Shown: positions 19,280 through 27,527, numbered from the stretch's first letter. The stretch is 32,000 nt of DNA from Wigglesworthia glossinidia endosymbiont of Glossina brevipalpis (GCA_000008885.1 BA000021.3:630001-662000); one strand, 5' to 3'. Program-made: numbers and translations. The notes: generated by a model not told the origin, from the sequence alone.

Positions 19280-20104
19280 ATGAATAAAGAAAAATATGAT
19301 ATAGATTTTAAAAATGATATAAATAATAATTCTACATATATTTCTAGAAAAATATCTATGGATAACAAAAAAAAATTATTAGATAAAAATCGTTTTATGA
19401 TTGCGGCAAGTATTATTTCTATATCACTAATCATAATTATAGGTTTATTATTAAAACATTTTTCAAAAAACAAAACAGTTGAAGAAGAATTAAAAATAAA
19501 TCAACCAAAAAAAACAATAGAAGAAAAAGATAATGAATTAAATAGCGATGTTAAAAAAACAACAGAAACATCAATTAATAATTCTTACATAACAGAAGAA
19601 AAGGAAAAATTTTTAAATAAAACAAACGAAAAAGAAGAAAAAAATTATATAAATGCAGATAATATAAAAAAATCTTCAAGTGAAGACATTTTAAAAAATA
19701 AAAAAGAAGAAATAAATTCATTCAAAACAAATAAAAAAACTACTGAAACTTCTGAGGTTATATTAGAAAATAAAAAAATAAAAGAAATATCAAAACAAAA
19801 TAAAAACGAAAAAATCAAAGAATTCAATTTTATTGAAAATTCTCCATATAATCATTATATAATACAAATTAATAGTTCTTCTAATTTAGAAGAAATAAAA
19901 AAATATGCTGATAAAAAACAAATTAATCCATACTGGATAAACAAAACATCAAAAAATGGAAAACCATGGTATGAATTAATAATTGGAACATTTAGTTCTT
20001 TTAAAGAGGCTAAAAAAGCAATAGAAAAATTTCCAAAAGAAATAAAAAATAACAAACCATGGATAAGGCAAATTCAACAAATTAAAAGTAATAAAAATAA
20101 ATAA
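19280..20104 (+). CDS. damX: DamX-like cell-division protein (N-terminal TM anchor, K/E/N-rich linker, C-terminal SPOR domain)
   Basis: 274 aa. TM segment FMIAASIISISLIIIIGLLL. The C-terminus HYIIQINSSSNLEEIKKYADKKQINPYWINKTSKNGKPWYELIIGTFSSFKEAKKAIEKFPKEIKNNKPWIRQIQQIK aligns with the E. coli DamX SPOR domain ([70 protein letters not shown]). The position between aroK and rpe is syntenic. Confidence 0.85.
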   Translation: MNKEKYDIDFKNDINNNSTYISRKISMDNKKKLLDKNRFMIAASIISISLIIIIGLLLKHFSKNKTVEEELKINQPKKTIEEKDNELNSDVKKTTETSINNSYITEEKEKFLNKTNEKEEKNYINADNIKKSSSEDILKNKKEEINSFKTNKKTTETSEVILENKKIKEISKQNKNEKIKEFNFIENSPYNHYIIQINSSSNLEEIKKYADKKQINPYWINKTSKNGKPWYELIIGTFSSFKEAKKAIEKFPKEIKNNKPWIRQIQQIKSNKNK

Positions 20105-20118
20105 ATTATTATTTATAT

Positions 20119-20149
20119 GTAATAAATAGAAATTTATTGCATTTGATTT
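20119..20149 (+). terminator. Candidate intrinsic terminator downstream of damX
   Basis: Stem GTAATAAAT (20119-20127) / ATTTATTGC (20132-20140): 9 bp including one G:C and one U.G pair. Loop AGAA, followed by ATTTGATTT. It begins 15 nt after the damX stop. The stem is mostly A:T, so it is weak. Confidence 0.3.
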
Positions 20150-20194
20150 AAAATTTTTTATAAATATTCTAATACATATACAAATTAATTTATT

Positions 20195-20896
20195 ATGAAT
20201 AATAATTTTTTTATTTCACCGTCTATTTTGGCAGCTAATTTCGCAAATTTAGGAGAAGAAATACGTAAAGTTATTGATGCAGGAGCTGACATTATTCATT
20301 TTGATGCAATGGATAATCATTATGTTCCAAATTTAAGCATTGGACCAATAGTGTTAAAATCAATAAGAAAAGATGGAATAATAATTCCAATAGAAGTTCA
20401 CTTGATGGCTAAACCTATTGATGAATTAGTAGTTTCATTTATTAAAACAAAAGCAAATTGTATTATTTTTCATCCAGAATCAACCAAAAATGTTAATTTT
20501 TTGTTAAAATTAATCAGAAAAAATAATTGTAAAGCAGGTTTAGCATTTACTTTAACTACATCTCTGAATTATTTGAAAAATAAAAATATAGTTAAAAATT
20601 TAGATATAGTTCTTATTATGTCTGTTTCTCCAGGATTTAGCGGGCAAAAATTTCAAAAATCTGCGATAAAAAGATTAAAAATAGCACGTAAATTAATTGA
20701 TGATAGTGGATATAATATTCTAATAGGAATAGATGGAGGTGTGAATGATGATAATATTTATGATGTAGCATATGCTGGAGCAGATATTTTTGTTATTGGA
20801 TCATCAATATTTAGTAAAAATAATTATTTTAAAACTATAAAAAATATGAAAAAGAAAATAAAATCTGCAAAAATTAATATTTTGAAAAATTTGTAA
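20195..20896 (+). CDS. rpe: Ribulose-phosphate 3-epimerase
   Basis: 233 aa. ISPSILAANFANLGEEIRKVIDAGADIIHFDAMDNHYVPNLSIGP.VLKS.R.......IEVHLM..P......F...GA..I.FHPE...MSV.PGF.GQKF.......L...R.LID.....I.I.IDGGV matches Rpe. Confidence 0.96.
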   Translation: MNNNFFISPSILAANFANLGEEIRKVIDAGADIIHFDAMDNHYVPNLSIGPIVLKSIRKDGIIIPIEVHLMAKPIDELVVSFIKTKANCIIFHPESTKNVNFLLKLIRKNNCKAGLAFTLTTSLNYLKNKNIVKNLDIVLIMSVSPGFSGQKFQKSAIKRLKIARKLIDDSGYNILIGIDGGVNDDNIYDVAYAGADIFVIGSSIFSKNNYFKTIKNMKKKIKSAKINILKNL

Positions 20897-20912
20897 TTTA
20901 AAATTATTTAAA

Positions 20913-21917
20913 ATGATAAAAAAATTAAATATATTTAGTGGAATGCAACCATCTGGAATACCTACTTTAGGTAATTATATTGGAGTATTGCGCCAATGGA
21001 AAATCTTGCAAAAAATTTATAACAGCATATATTGTATTGCAGATCTTCATTATTTGACTAATAATAAAGAAAATTCTAAGATTTTATTTAAACGTTCTTT
21101 AGACTTGTTGGCTATATATTTAGCATGCGATATAGATCCAAATGAAAGTGTAATATTTTTACAATCTCATATACCTGAACATTCTCAATTATCTTGGATA
21201 TTAAACTGTTATACTTATTTTGGAGAATTAACAAGAATGGTTCAGTTTAAAGAAAAAATTAAAAATAAAAAAAATATAAATTTAGGACTGTTATCCTATC
21301 CAGTATTAATGGCGAGTGATATTTTATTATACCAAACTGATATAGTGCCTGTTGGAAAAGATCAAATACAACATTTAGAATTAAGCAGAACAATAGCAAG
21401 AAGATTTAATAAATTACATGGGGATGTATTTATCATTCCTGAAAAAATTATTTCTAAAACAGGATCTAAGATTATGTCATTATCCAACCCAAACAAAAAA
21501 ATGTCTAAATCTAATTTAAATAGAAATAATTTTATTTCACTATTAGATCAACCTTACTCAATAATAGAAAAAATAAAAAATGCTAAAACAGACTCTGATA
21601 ATCCACCAAAAATAAATTTTGACATAATAAAAAAACCAGGTATTTCTAATTTATTATCTATAATATCAGAACTAAGAGGTATAAATATAAAAGATCTGGA
21701 AATAAGTTTTAAAAATAAATCATACAAATATCTAAAAAATGAAGTTACAGGAGCAGTTTTAGAACATTTAAAAATTTTGCAAAAAAAATACTTCTTAATA
21801 AGAAAAGACGAAAAATATTTAATAAATATATTAAAATCTGGATCTAAAAAAGCAAAAAAAATAGCTAGAGGCACTTTAAAAAAAGTAAACGAATCAATTG
21901 GATTATTAAATTTTTAA
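20913..21917 (+). CDS. trpS: Tryptophan--tRNA ligase
   Basis: 334 aa, as in E. coli. IFSGMQPSGIPTLGNYIGVLRQW...CIADLHYLT...SYPVLMASDILLYQTDIVPVGKDQIQHLELSRTIARRFN...KKMSKS. Both class I signature motifs are present. Confidence 0.96.
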   Translation: MIKKLNIFSGMQPSGIPTLGNYIGVLRQWKILQKIYNSIYCIADLHYLTNNKENSKILFKRSLDLLAIYLACDIDPNESVIFLQSHIPEHSQLSWILNCYTYFGELTRMVQFKEKIKNKKNINLGLLSYPVLMASDILLYQTDIVPVGKDQIQHLELSRTIARRFNKLHGDVFIIPEKIISKTGSKIMSLSNPNKKMSKSNLNRNNFISLLDQPYSIIEKIKNAKTDSDNPPKINFDIIKKPGISNLLSIISELRGINIKDLEISFKNKSYKYLKNEVTGAVLEHLKILQKKYFLIRKDEKYLINILKSGSKKAKKIARGTLKKVNESIGLLNF

Positions 21918-23923
21918 AACATAATTTTTGTTTTATTTATTAAATCTTTAGATTTATTTACTACGTTATTTTTAGTAATTTTAAAAAACTTAAATAAATC
22001 TTCGCATGATCCAGATTTTCCGAATTCATCTATTCCTATTATTTTATCATTATATCCAATATATTTATTCCAAAATACTGAACTACCAGCTTCTATAACT
22101 ATTTTAGGAACTTTAATGGGTAAAACAAAGTTTTTATAAGATTCTAACTGAGAATCAAATAAATCCGAAGATGGCATAGAAACTACTCTAATTTTATATT
22201 TATTTTTAGAAAGAATACTACATGCATCAATAGCAATTTGTACTTCTGATCCAGTTGAAATCAAAATAAGATCAGGAATGCTTTTACAATCTTTAATTAT
22301 ATATCCTCCTTTACATATATCATCTATTTTATCAATGCAACGATTTTGTTGAACAAGATCCTGACGAGATAATATTATAGCTGTGGGTCCGTTTCTTTCT
22401 ATTGCATATTTCCAAGATATTGCAGTTTCTAATTGATCGCATGGACGCCATACGCTTAAATTTGGGATCATTCTCAAACAACTCAATTGCTCTATTGGCT
22501 GATGTGTAGGACCATCTTCCCCTAAACCTATAGAATCATGCGTATAAATCATTATATGTTTAGAATTCATTAACGCTGCAGTACGAATGGCACTTCTAGC
22601 GTATTCAGAAAACACTAAAAATGTTGAAGTATAAGGAATAAACCCTCCATGAGTATATATTCCATTTGCTATAGACGTCATTCCGAATTCTCTTGCTCCA
22701 TAATGGATATAATTTCCTGAAAAATCAGATTTTATAGAAATAGACTTTGACCATTTTGTTAAATTACTAGGAGTTAAATCAGCAGAACCTCCTAATAACT
22801 CTGGAAGAATTGGTCCTATTTTTTCTAATAAATTATTAGAAGCTTGTCTGGTAGAAATGTTTTTAATTTTTAAATTCATGCTAGTTATTATATTGTTTAT
22901 TTTTTTACTCCAATCTTTTGGAAGAAGATTATTTAACCTTCTTGTTAGATCTTTGCTTAATCCAGGATATCTAGCAGAATATATATCAAATTTTTTTTTC
23001 CATTTATTTTCTAATAAATTTCCTTTATATTTATGATTCCAATATTCATAAATTTTTTCAGGAATAAAAAATGGAGGATGTTTCCATTTTAATTCTTTTC
23101 TAGTACATATAACTTCTTTTTTCCCTAAAGGGGATCCATGGGAAATGCAATTTCCAGATTTATTTGGAGATCCAAAAGCGATAATAGTATTACATATCAA
23201 TAAAGATGGTTTATCTTTTTTATTAATCGCCTCTTTAATTGCTAAATCAATTTTTTTATGATCATGACCATCTATGTCTTTTATTACATGCCATCCATAT
23301 GATGTAAATCTATTGTAAGTATCTTCATCAAACCAATCTTGCACTTTACCATCTATAGAAATTTTATTACTGTCATAAAATGCTATTAATTTTCCTAATT
23401 TCATAGTACCAGCTAAAGAACAAGACTCATGTGATACACCCTCCATCATACATCCATCTCCAAGAAATACGTATGTATAATGATTTATTATTTCGCAATC
23501 TGGTTTGTTAAATTGATGAGATAAAACTTTTTCGCTAATTGCTAATCCTACTGCGCTTGATATTCCTTGCCCTAAAGGGCCAGTAGTCATATCTACACCT
23601 TCAGTTACTCCAATTTCTGGATGACCTGGAGTCTTAGAATTAATTTTACGAAATTTTTTTAAATCTTCTATTGATAAATCATACCCTGTAAGATGAAGAA
23701 TGCTATACATCAAAGATGATGCATGTCCATTAGATAAAACAAAACGATCTCTGTTCACCCATTTAGGATTATTTGGATTATGATTGAAATAATTTCTCCA
23801 TAAAACTTCTGCAATATCTGACATACCCATTGGAGCTCCTGGATGTCCAGATTTAGCGTTTTCAACTATATCCATGCTTAAGATTCTTACAGCATTAGCT
23901 AATATTTTTCTAGAAATTTTCAT
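21914..23923 (-). CDS. tkt: Transketolase
   Basis: 669 aa. LANAVRILSMDIVENAKSGHPGAPMGMSDIAEVLWRN...DRFVLSNGHAS.L.YS.LHLTGYDL...TPGHPE......GV..TTGPLGQGIS.AVG.AI.EK...GDGCMMEG.SHE.CSLAG...LGKLIAFYD.N.ISIDG...THDSIGLGEDGPTHQP.EQL..LR..PN.SVWRPCD matches E. coli TktA/TktB. It lies immediately downstream of tal, as in the E. coli talA-tktB operon. Confidence 0.97.
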   Translation of the reverse strand: MKISRKILANAVRILSMDIVENAKSGHPGAPMGMSDIAEVLWRNYFNHNPNNPKWVNRDRFVLSNGHASSLMYSILHLTGYDLSIEDLKKFRKINSKTPGHPEIGVTEGVDMTTGPLGQGISSAVGLAISEKVLSHQFNKPDCEIINHYTYVFLGDGCMMEGVSHESCSLAGTMKLGKLIAFYDSNKISIDGKVQDWFDEDTYNRFTSYGWHVIKDIDGHDHKKIDLAIKEAINKKDKPSLLICNTIIAFGSPNKSGNCISHGSPLGKKEVICTRKELKWKHPPFFIPEKIYEYWNHKYKGNLLENKWKKKFDIYSARYPGLSKDLTRRLNNLLPKDWSKKINNIITSMNLKIKNISTRQASNNLLEKIGPILPELLGGSADLTPSNLTKWSKSISIKSDFSGNYIHYGAREFGMTSIANGIYTHGGFIPYTSTFLVFSEYARSAIRTAALMNSKHIMIYTHDSIGLGEDGPTHQPIEQLSCLRMIPNLSVWRPCDQLETAISWKYAIERNGPTAIILSRQDLVQQNRCIDKIDDICKGGYIIKDCKSIPDLILISTGSEVQIAIDACSILSKNKYKIRVVSMPSSDLFDSQLESYKNFVLPIKVPKIVIEAGSSVFWNKYIGYNDKIIGIDEFGKSGSCEDLFKFFKITKNNVVNKSKDLINKTKIMF

Positions 23924-23925
23924 TT

Positions 23926-24885
23926 TTAACCTGATTTAAATTTTTTCAAAAAAAAGCTATCAATCTTTTTTTGGTCTCTTAAAAATAAACGAATTCCCTC
24001 AGATAATTTTTCTACTGCCATAAAGTTTTGATTAAACTTCCATCTGAACTCTTTTTCTAATAACTTATTTTTTTTAATTTTACTTTCCAAGTTTACTCTT
24101 ATAAAGTTTTTTATTTTTTTTAATTTTAAATTATTTAGTTTATTAACAAAATCAGGAGAAATAGTTATAGCATCGCAACCTATTATAGAAATAATTTGAT
24201 CTATATTTCTAAAACTAGCACCCATAACAAATGTTTTGTATCCATATTTTTGGTAAAAATAAAAAATTTTATAAACTAGTTTTACTCCAGGATCTATTTT
24301 GCTATTTTTATTTAATTTAAAATTTTTAATATACCAATCATTTACTCTTCCCACAAATGGTGATATCAAATATACATTTGATTCTGCACAAGCTATTGCT
24401 TGAACTAGAGAAAATATTAATGTTAAATTACAATTTATTCCAGATTTTTCTAAAAATTTTGCAGCTTGTATTCCTTCCCATGTAGCAGCAATCTTTATAA
24501 GAATTCTATTATTTTCTATTCCATATGAATTATATAATGATATTATTTTTTTAGCACGTATTATTAAATCTAAATAACTAAAAGATAATCTTACGTCTAT
24601 TTCGATAGAAATTCTACCATCTATAATTTTTAAAATTTCTCTTCCTATATTAACTAATAATTTATCATTAGCGTTAATTATATATGAATTTAAATTCCCA
24701 CCTTTTTTTTTAGCATATGATATAGCATCCATTAATAATGGATAATAATGTTTTGATTTAGATTCTCTTAATATTAATGATGGATTAGTTGTAACGTCTT
24801 TTGGAGAATATTTTTTTATATATTTTATATTTCCACTATCTATTACAACATTAGTAAATTTTTTAATATAGTCTAATTGATTCAT
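23926..24885 (-). CDS. tal: Transaldolase
   Basis: 319 aa. T.VV.DSG.I......Y.P.D.TTNPSLIL...DKL.VNIG.EILK...GRIS.E.D.RLS......I..AK..I.LYN..GI.N.RILIK.A.TWEGI.AA..LEK.GINCNLTL.FS..QA.ACAE..V.LISPFVGR..DWY...VMGASFRN matches E. coli TalA/B. The Schiff-base Lys context ILIKIAATW is present. There is a 2-nt gap to the tkt start. Confidence 0.96.
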   Translation of the reverse strand: MNQLDYIKKFTNVVIDSGNIKYIKKYSPKDVTTNPSLILRESKSKHYYPLLMDAISYAKKKGGNLNSYIINANDKLLVNIGREILKIIDGRISIEIDVRLSFSYLDLIIRAKKIISLYNSYGIENNRILIKIAATWEGIQAAKFLEKSGINCNLTLIFSLVQAIACAESNVYLISPFVGRVNDWYIKNFKLNKNSKIDPGVKLVYKIFYFYQKYGYKTFVMGASFRNIDQIISIIGCDAITISPDFVNKLNNLKLKKIKNFIRVNLESKIKKNKLLEKEFRWKFNQNFMAVEKLSEGIRLFLRDQKKIDSFFLKKFKSG

Positions 24886-24950
24886 TTTTTTCTCTATTTA
24901 CAAAATATAAAATTTAAATATTAAATAATATAAAATTTTTAACAAAATAA

Positions 24951-24982
24951 AAACATCTTAAATAATATTTTGTAAGATGTTT
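24951..24982 (-). terminator. Candidate intrinsic terminator downstream of hemF
   Basis: Perfect 10-bp inverted repeat AAACATCTTA (24951-24960) / TAAGATGTTT (24973-24982) with a 12-nt loop, 32 nt past the hemF stop. On the minus strand the stem is followed by TTATTTTGTT. The stem includes two G:C pairs, which is unusual in this spacer. Confidence 0.4.
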
Positions 24983-25013
24983 AGTTTAAAATTATTTAAA
25001 TTTACAAATAATT

Positions 25014-25925
25014 TTATTTATCAATCCAATCTTTAATTGGTAAAAAATCAGTATATAATTTTGACTCAGGGCTATTAGGTTTAGGATGCCATCCATATTC
25101 CCATTTTACTAATGGAGGCATAGAGGATAATATAGATTCTATTCTTCCATTAGACTGGATACCAAATAGAGTACCTCTATCTAATAAAAGATTGAATTCA
25201 ACATATCTTCCTCTTCTATATAATTGAAAGTTACGTTCTCTACTACCCCAAGAATAAGATTTTCTTAAATTTACTATTGGGAAATAAGCATCTATATACC
25301 CTTTTCCTATTGATTTGCTAAATAAAAAAGCACTATGAAAATCTGGCAAGCATAAATCATCAAAAAACAATCCTCCTATTCCACGAGATTCATTTCTATG
25401 TTTGATAAAAAAATAATCATCACACCACTTTTTGTATTTAAAATAAATATCATCACCAAATGGTTGACAAATTTTTTTAGCTATTGTATGCCAATGTATA
25501 ACGTCTTGATAAAATCCATAATATGGAGTTAAATCAAACCCTCCTCCAAACCACCATATTGTTTTTCTTTTTTTATTTTTAGCTAAGAAAAATCTTATGT
25601 TTAAATGGCTAGTAGGTACATAAGGATTTTTAGGATGAGAAACGACAGATATTCCAGAGGCTTGATAAGAACAATTTTCTAGATCTCTTTTTTTATTACT
25701 AGAGGATTTTGGAAGTGATTTTCCAAAAACATGAGAAAAATTCACACTAACTTGTTCAAATACTTTTCCTTTTTTTAAAATTCTAGTTCTTCCATATCCT
25801 TTTTTCGTATTCCACATGTCTTCTTTAAATAAAGATTTACCATCTATTTTAGAAAAAGTATTACAAATTATATTTTGTAAATTTTTAAAAAAAAATAAAG
25901 TTTTTTCTTGTTTTATTATTGTCAT
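25014..25925 (-). CDS. hemF: Oxygen-dependent coproporphyrinogen III oxidase
   Basis: 303 aa (E. coli 299). ...[22 protein letters not shown].........SG.S.V.HP.NPYVPT.H.N.RFF.........[13 protein letters not shown]......HWH.......PFG...Y..YK.WCD.YFF.KHR.E.RGIGG.FFDD...[27 protein letters not shown]...W. Confidence 0.95.
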   Translation of the reverse strand: MTIIKQEKTLFFFKNLQNIICNTFSKIDGKSLFKEDMWNTKKGYGRTRILKKGKVFEQVSVNFSHVFGKSLPKSSSNKKRDLENCSYQASGISVVSHPKNPYVPTSHLNIRFFLAKNKKRKTIWWFGGGFDLTPYYGFYQDVIHWHTIAKKICQPFGDDIYFKYKKWCDDYFFIKHRNESRGIGGLFFDDLCLPDFHSAFLFSKSIGKGYIDAYFPIVNLRKSYSWGSRERNFQLYRRGRYVEFNLLLDRGTLFGIQSNGRIESILSSMPPLVKWEYGWHPKPNSPESKLYTDFLPIKDWIDK

Positions 25926-26083
25926 AATATTATTAATAATTATTAATTTAATAAAATATTTGTTAAGAATAAAAAATTTTTATTTACAAAATTATATTTT
26001 ATAAATTTTTTATTATAAAAATTCATATTTTATATTATATTCTAATACAATAATATCAACTTTTTTAAAATAGGAGTTATGTT

Positions 26084-26863
26084 TTGAAACCTTTTTTTTG
26101 GAGAATAATTGGATCAGGATCTGTTAATTTAGTTTTTATACATGGATGGGGATTAAACTCATGCATTTGGAATAATATAATAATAATTTTATCCAATTAT
26201 TTTAAATTACATTTAGTTGATTTACCAGGATATGGGAAAAATATTCTTTATAAAGAATATTCTTTCTCAAAAATTACAGAAATAATAGCATGCAAGTCTC
26301 CCAAAAAATCAATTTTAATAGGATGGTCTTTAGGAGGATTAATAGCAACTAATATATCTATTGTTTATCCTGAAAAATTCAAAGGATTGATTATTGTATC
26401 TTCATCTCCATGTTTTTGCGAAAAAAAAGATTGGCCTGGAATTAAAAAAGAAATATTAAATAATTTTTCATTTCAACTAAAAAATGATTTTCACAATACA
26501 GTAAAAAAATTTTTTAACATTCAATTTTTAGGAACAAAAAAAAACAATAATGAGATAAAAAAATTAAAAAATATTTTTTTTAGACAAAAAGAGCCTTCTT
26601 ATAAAACTTTATCTTCAGGATTAAAAATATTAAAAAATATAGATATAAGAAATTATTTAAAATATATTAAAATACCAACTTTAAGAATATATGGAAATTT
26701 AGATGTTATAGTTCCTGTAAAAATAATACCAATAATTAAAAAATTACAAAATTTTAATATTAATAAAAATATTATTATACCATCTGCATCTCATGCTCCT
26801 TTTTTATCTCATCCATTTCTATTTTGTAAAATAATAAAATATTTTATAAAAAAATTTAATTAA
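26084..26863 (+). CDS. bioH: Pimeloyl-ACP methyl ester carboxylesterase BioH (TTG start)
   Basis: 259 aa (E. coli 256). G.GSVNLVFIHGWGLNS..W........S.YF.LHLVDLPGYG...ILIGWSLGGLIAT.I...YPEKF..LI.VSSSPCF....DWPGIK...L..F..QL..DF..TV..F...LR.YG.LD.IVP.K..P.......N......ASHAPF.SHP..FC. The Ser-Asp-His triad contexts are retained. TTG start at 26084 with AGGAG at 26072-26076. The nearby ATG at 26079 runs into TGA. Confidence 0.9.
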   Translation: MKPFFWRIIGSGSVNLVFIHGWGLNSCIWNNIIIILSNYFKLHLVDLPGYGKNILYKEYSFSKITEIIACKSPKKSILIGWSLGGLIATNISIVYPEKFKGLIIVSSSPCFCEKKDWPGIKKEILNNFSFQLKNDFHNTVKKFFNIQFLGTKKNNNEIKKLKNIFFRQKEPSYKTLSSGLKILKNIDIRNYLKYIKIPTLRIYGNLDVIVPVKIIPIIKKLQNFNINKNIIIPSASHAPFLSHPFLFCKIIKYFIKKFN

Positions 26864-26930
26864 ATTAATTTTTATTTTTAAAATGAAATATTATTATTTA
26901 TAATAAATAAATTTTATATCAATTAATATT

Positions 26931-27245
26931 ATGATTTGTTATATTTATTTATTTATAGCAATATTAGCAGAAGTTTTTTCTACTTCTTTGCTTAAAATTT
27001 CTGAAGGATTTACTAAAATTTTTCCATCTATTTTAATTATTCTTGGATATATAGTATCTTCGTTTTTTTTATCTCTTGCATTGAAAGATATCCCTATAGG
27101 AATAGCTTATTCTAGTTGGTCTGGATTTGGTATTGTATTTGTAACTATTTCTGGATATTTTTTATATAATCAAAAAATAAATTTAATTGAAATTTTTGGA
27201 ATAATTCTTATTATTACTGGAGTATTGATAATTAATATATATTAA
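26931..27245 (+). CDS. Small multidrug resistance (SMR) family transporter, EmrE-like
   Basis: 104 aa, four predicted TM helices. YIYLFIAILAEVFSTSLLKISEGFTKIFPS...IPIGIAYSSWSGFGIVFV...GVLIINI aligns with E. coli EmrE YIYLGGAILAEVIGTTLMKFSEGFTRLWPS...IPTGIAYAIWSGVGIVLI...GVLIINL. The essential membrane-embedded Glu (E14 equivalent) and the Tyr/Trp of the substrate site are present. Confidence 0.88.
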   Translation: MICYIYLFIAILAEVFSTSLLKISEGFTKIFPSILIILGYIVSSFFLSLALKDIPIGIAYSSWSGFGIVFVTISGYFLYNQKINLIEIFGIILIITGVLIINIY

Positions 27246-27286
27246 ATTAAGATATTTTTATTTTTAAATTTATATAGATATTAATT

Positions 27287-27357
27287 CTGGGGCACCAGGA
27301 TTCGAACCTGGGATCGCGGGATCAAAACCCGCTGCCTTTCCTCTTGGCTATACCCCA
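27287..27357 (-). tRNA. glnU: tRNA-Gln (anticodon UUG), no encoded CCA
   Basis: The reverse complement TGGGGTATAGCCAAGAGGAAAGGCAGCGGGTTTTGATCCCGCGATCCCAGGTTCGAATCCTGGTGCCCCAG folds as a cloverleaf: acceptor TGGGGTA/TGCCCCA, anticodon stem GCGGG/CCCGC, loop TTTTGAT, T arm CCAGG-TTCGAAT-CCTGG. It closely matches E. coli tRNA-Gln(UUG), including U1-A72 and G73. Confidence 0.93.
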
Positions 27358-27363
27358 AAAATT

Positions 27364-27447
27364 TGCGGAAGGCGAGATTTGAACTCGCATACCAATTAAG
27401 GCGTCAGATCCTAAATCTGGTGCGTCTGCCTGTTTCGCCACTTCCGC
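27364..27447 (-). tRNA. leuW: tRNA-Leu (anticodon UAG), long variable arm, no encoded CCA
   Basis: The reverse complement GCGGAAGTGGCGAAACAGGCAGACGCACCAGATTTAGGATCTGACGCCTTAATTGGTATGCGAGTTCAAATCTCGCCTTCCGCA matches E. coli leuW (GCGGGAGUGGCGAAAUUGGUAGACGCACCAGAUUUAGGUUCUGG...GCGAGUUCAAGUCUCGCCUCCCGCA). Anticodon loop TTTAGGA. Confidence 0.93.
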
Positions 27448-27453
27448 TATTTT

Positions 27454-27527
27454 TAGCTACGACAGGAATTGAACCTGTGACCTCGGCGTTATGAGTGCCG
27501 TGCTCTAACCAACTAAGCTACGTAGCT
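27454..27527 (-). tRNA. metT: tRNA-Met elongator type (anticodon CAU), no encoded CCA
   Basis: The reverse complement AGCTACGTAGCTTAGTTGGTTAGAGCACGGCACTCATAACGCCGAGGTCACAGGTTCAATTCCTGTCGTAGCTA closely matches E. coli elongator tRNA-Met (GGCUACGUAGCUCAGUUGGUUAGAGCAC...CUCAUAA...GGUCACAGGUUCGAAUCC.GUCGUAGCCA). The Met-Leu-Gln order equals E. coli metT-leuW-glnU. A lysidine-modified tRNA-Ile2 identity cannot be fully excluded from the anticodon alone. Confidence 0.88.
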
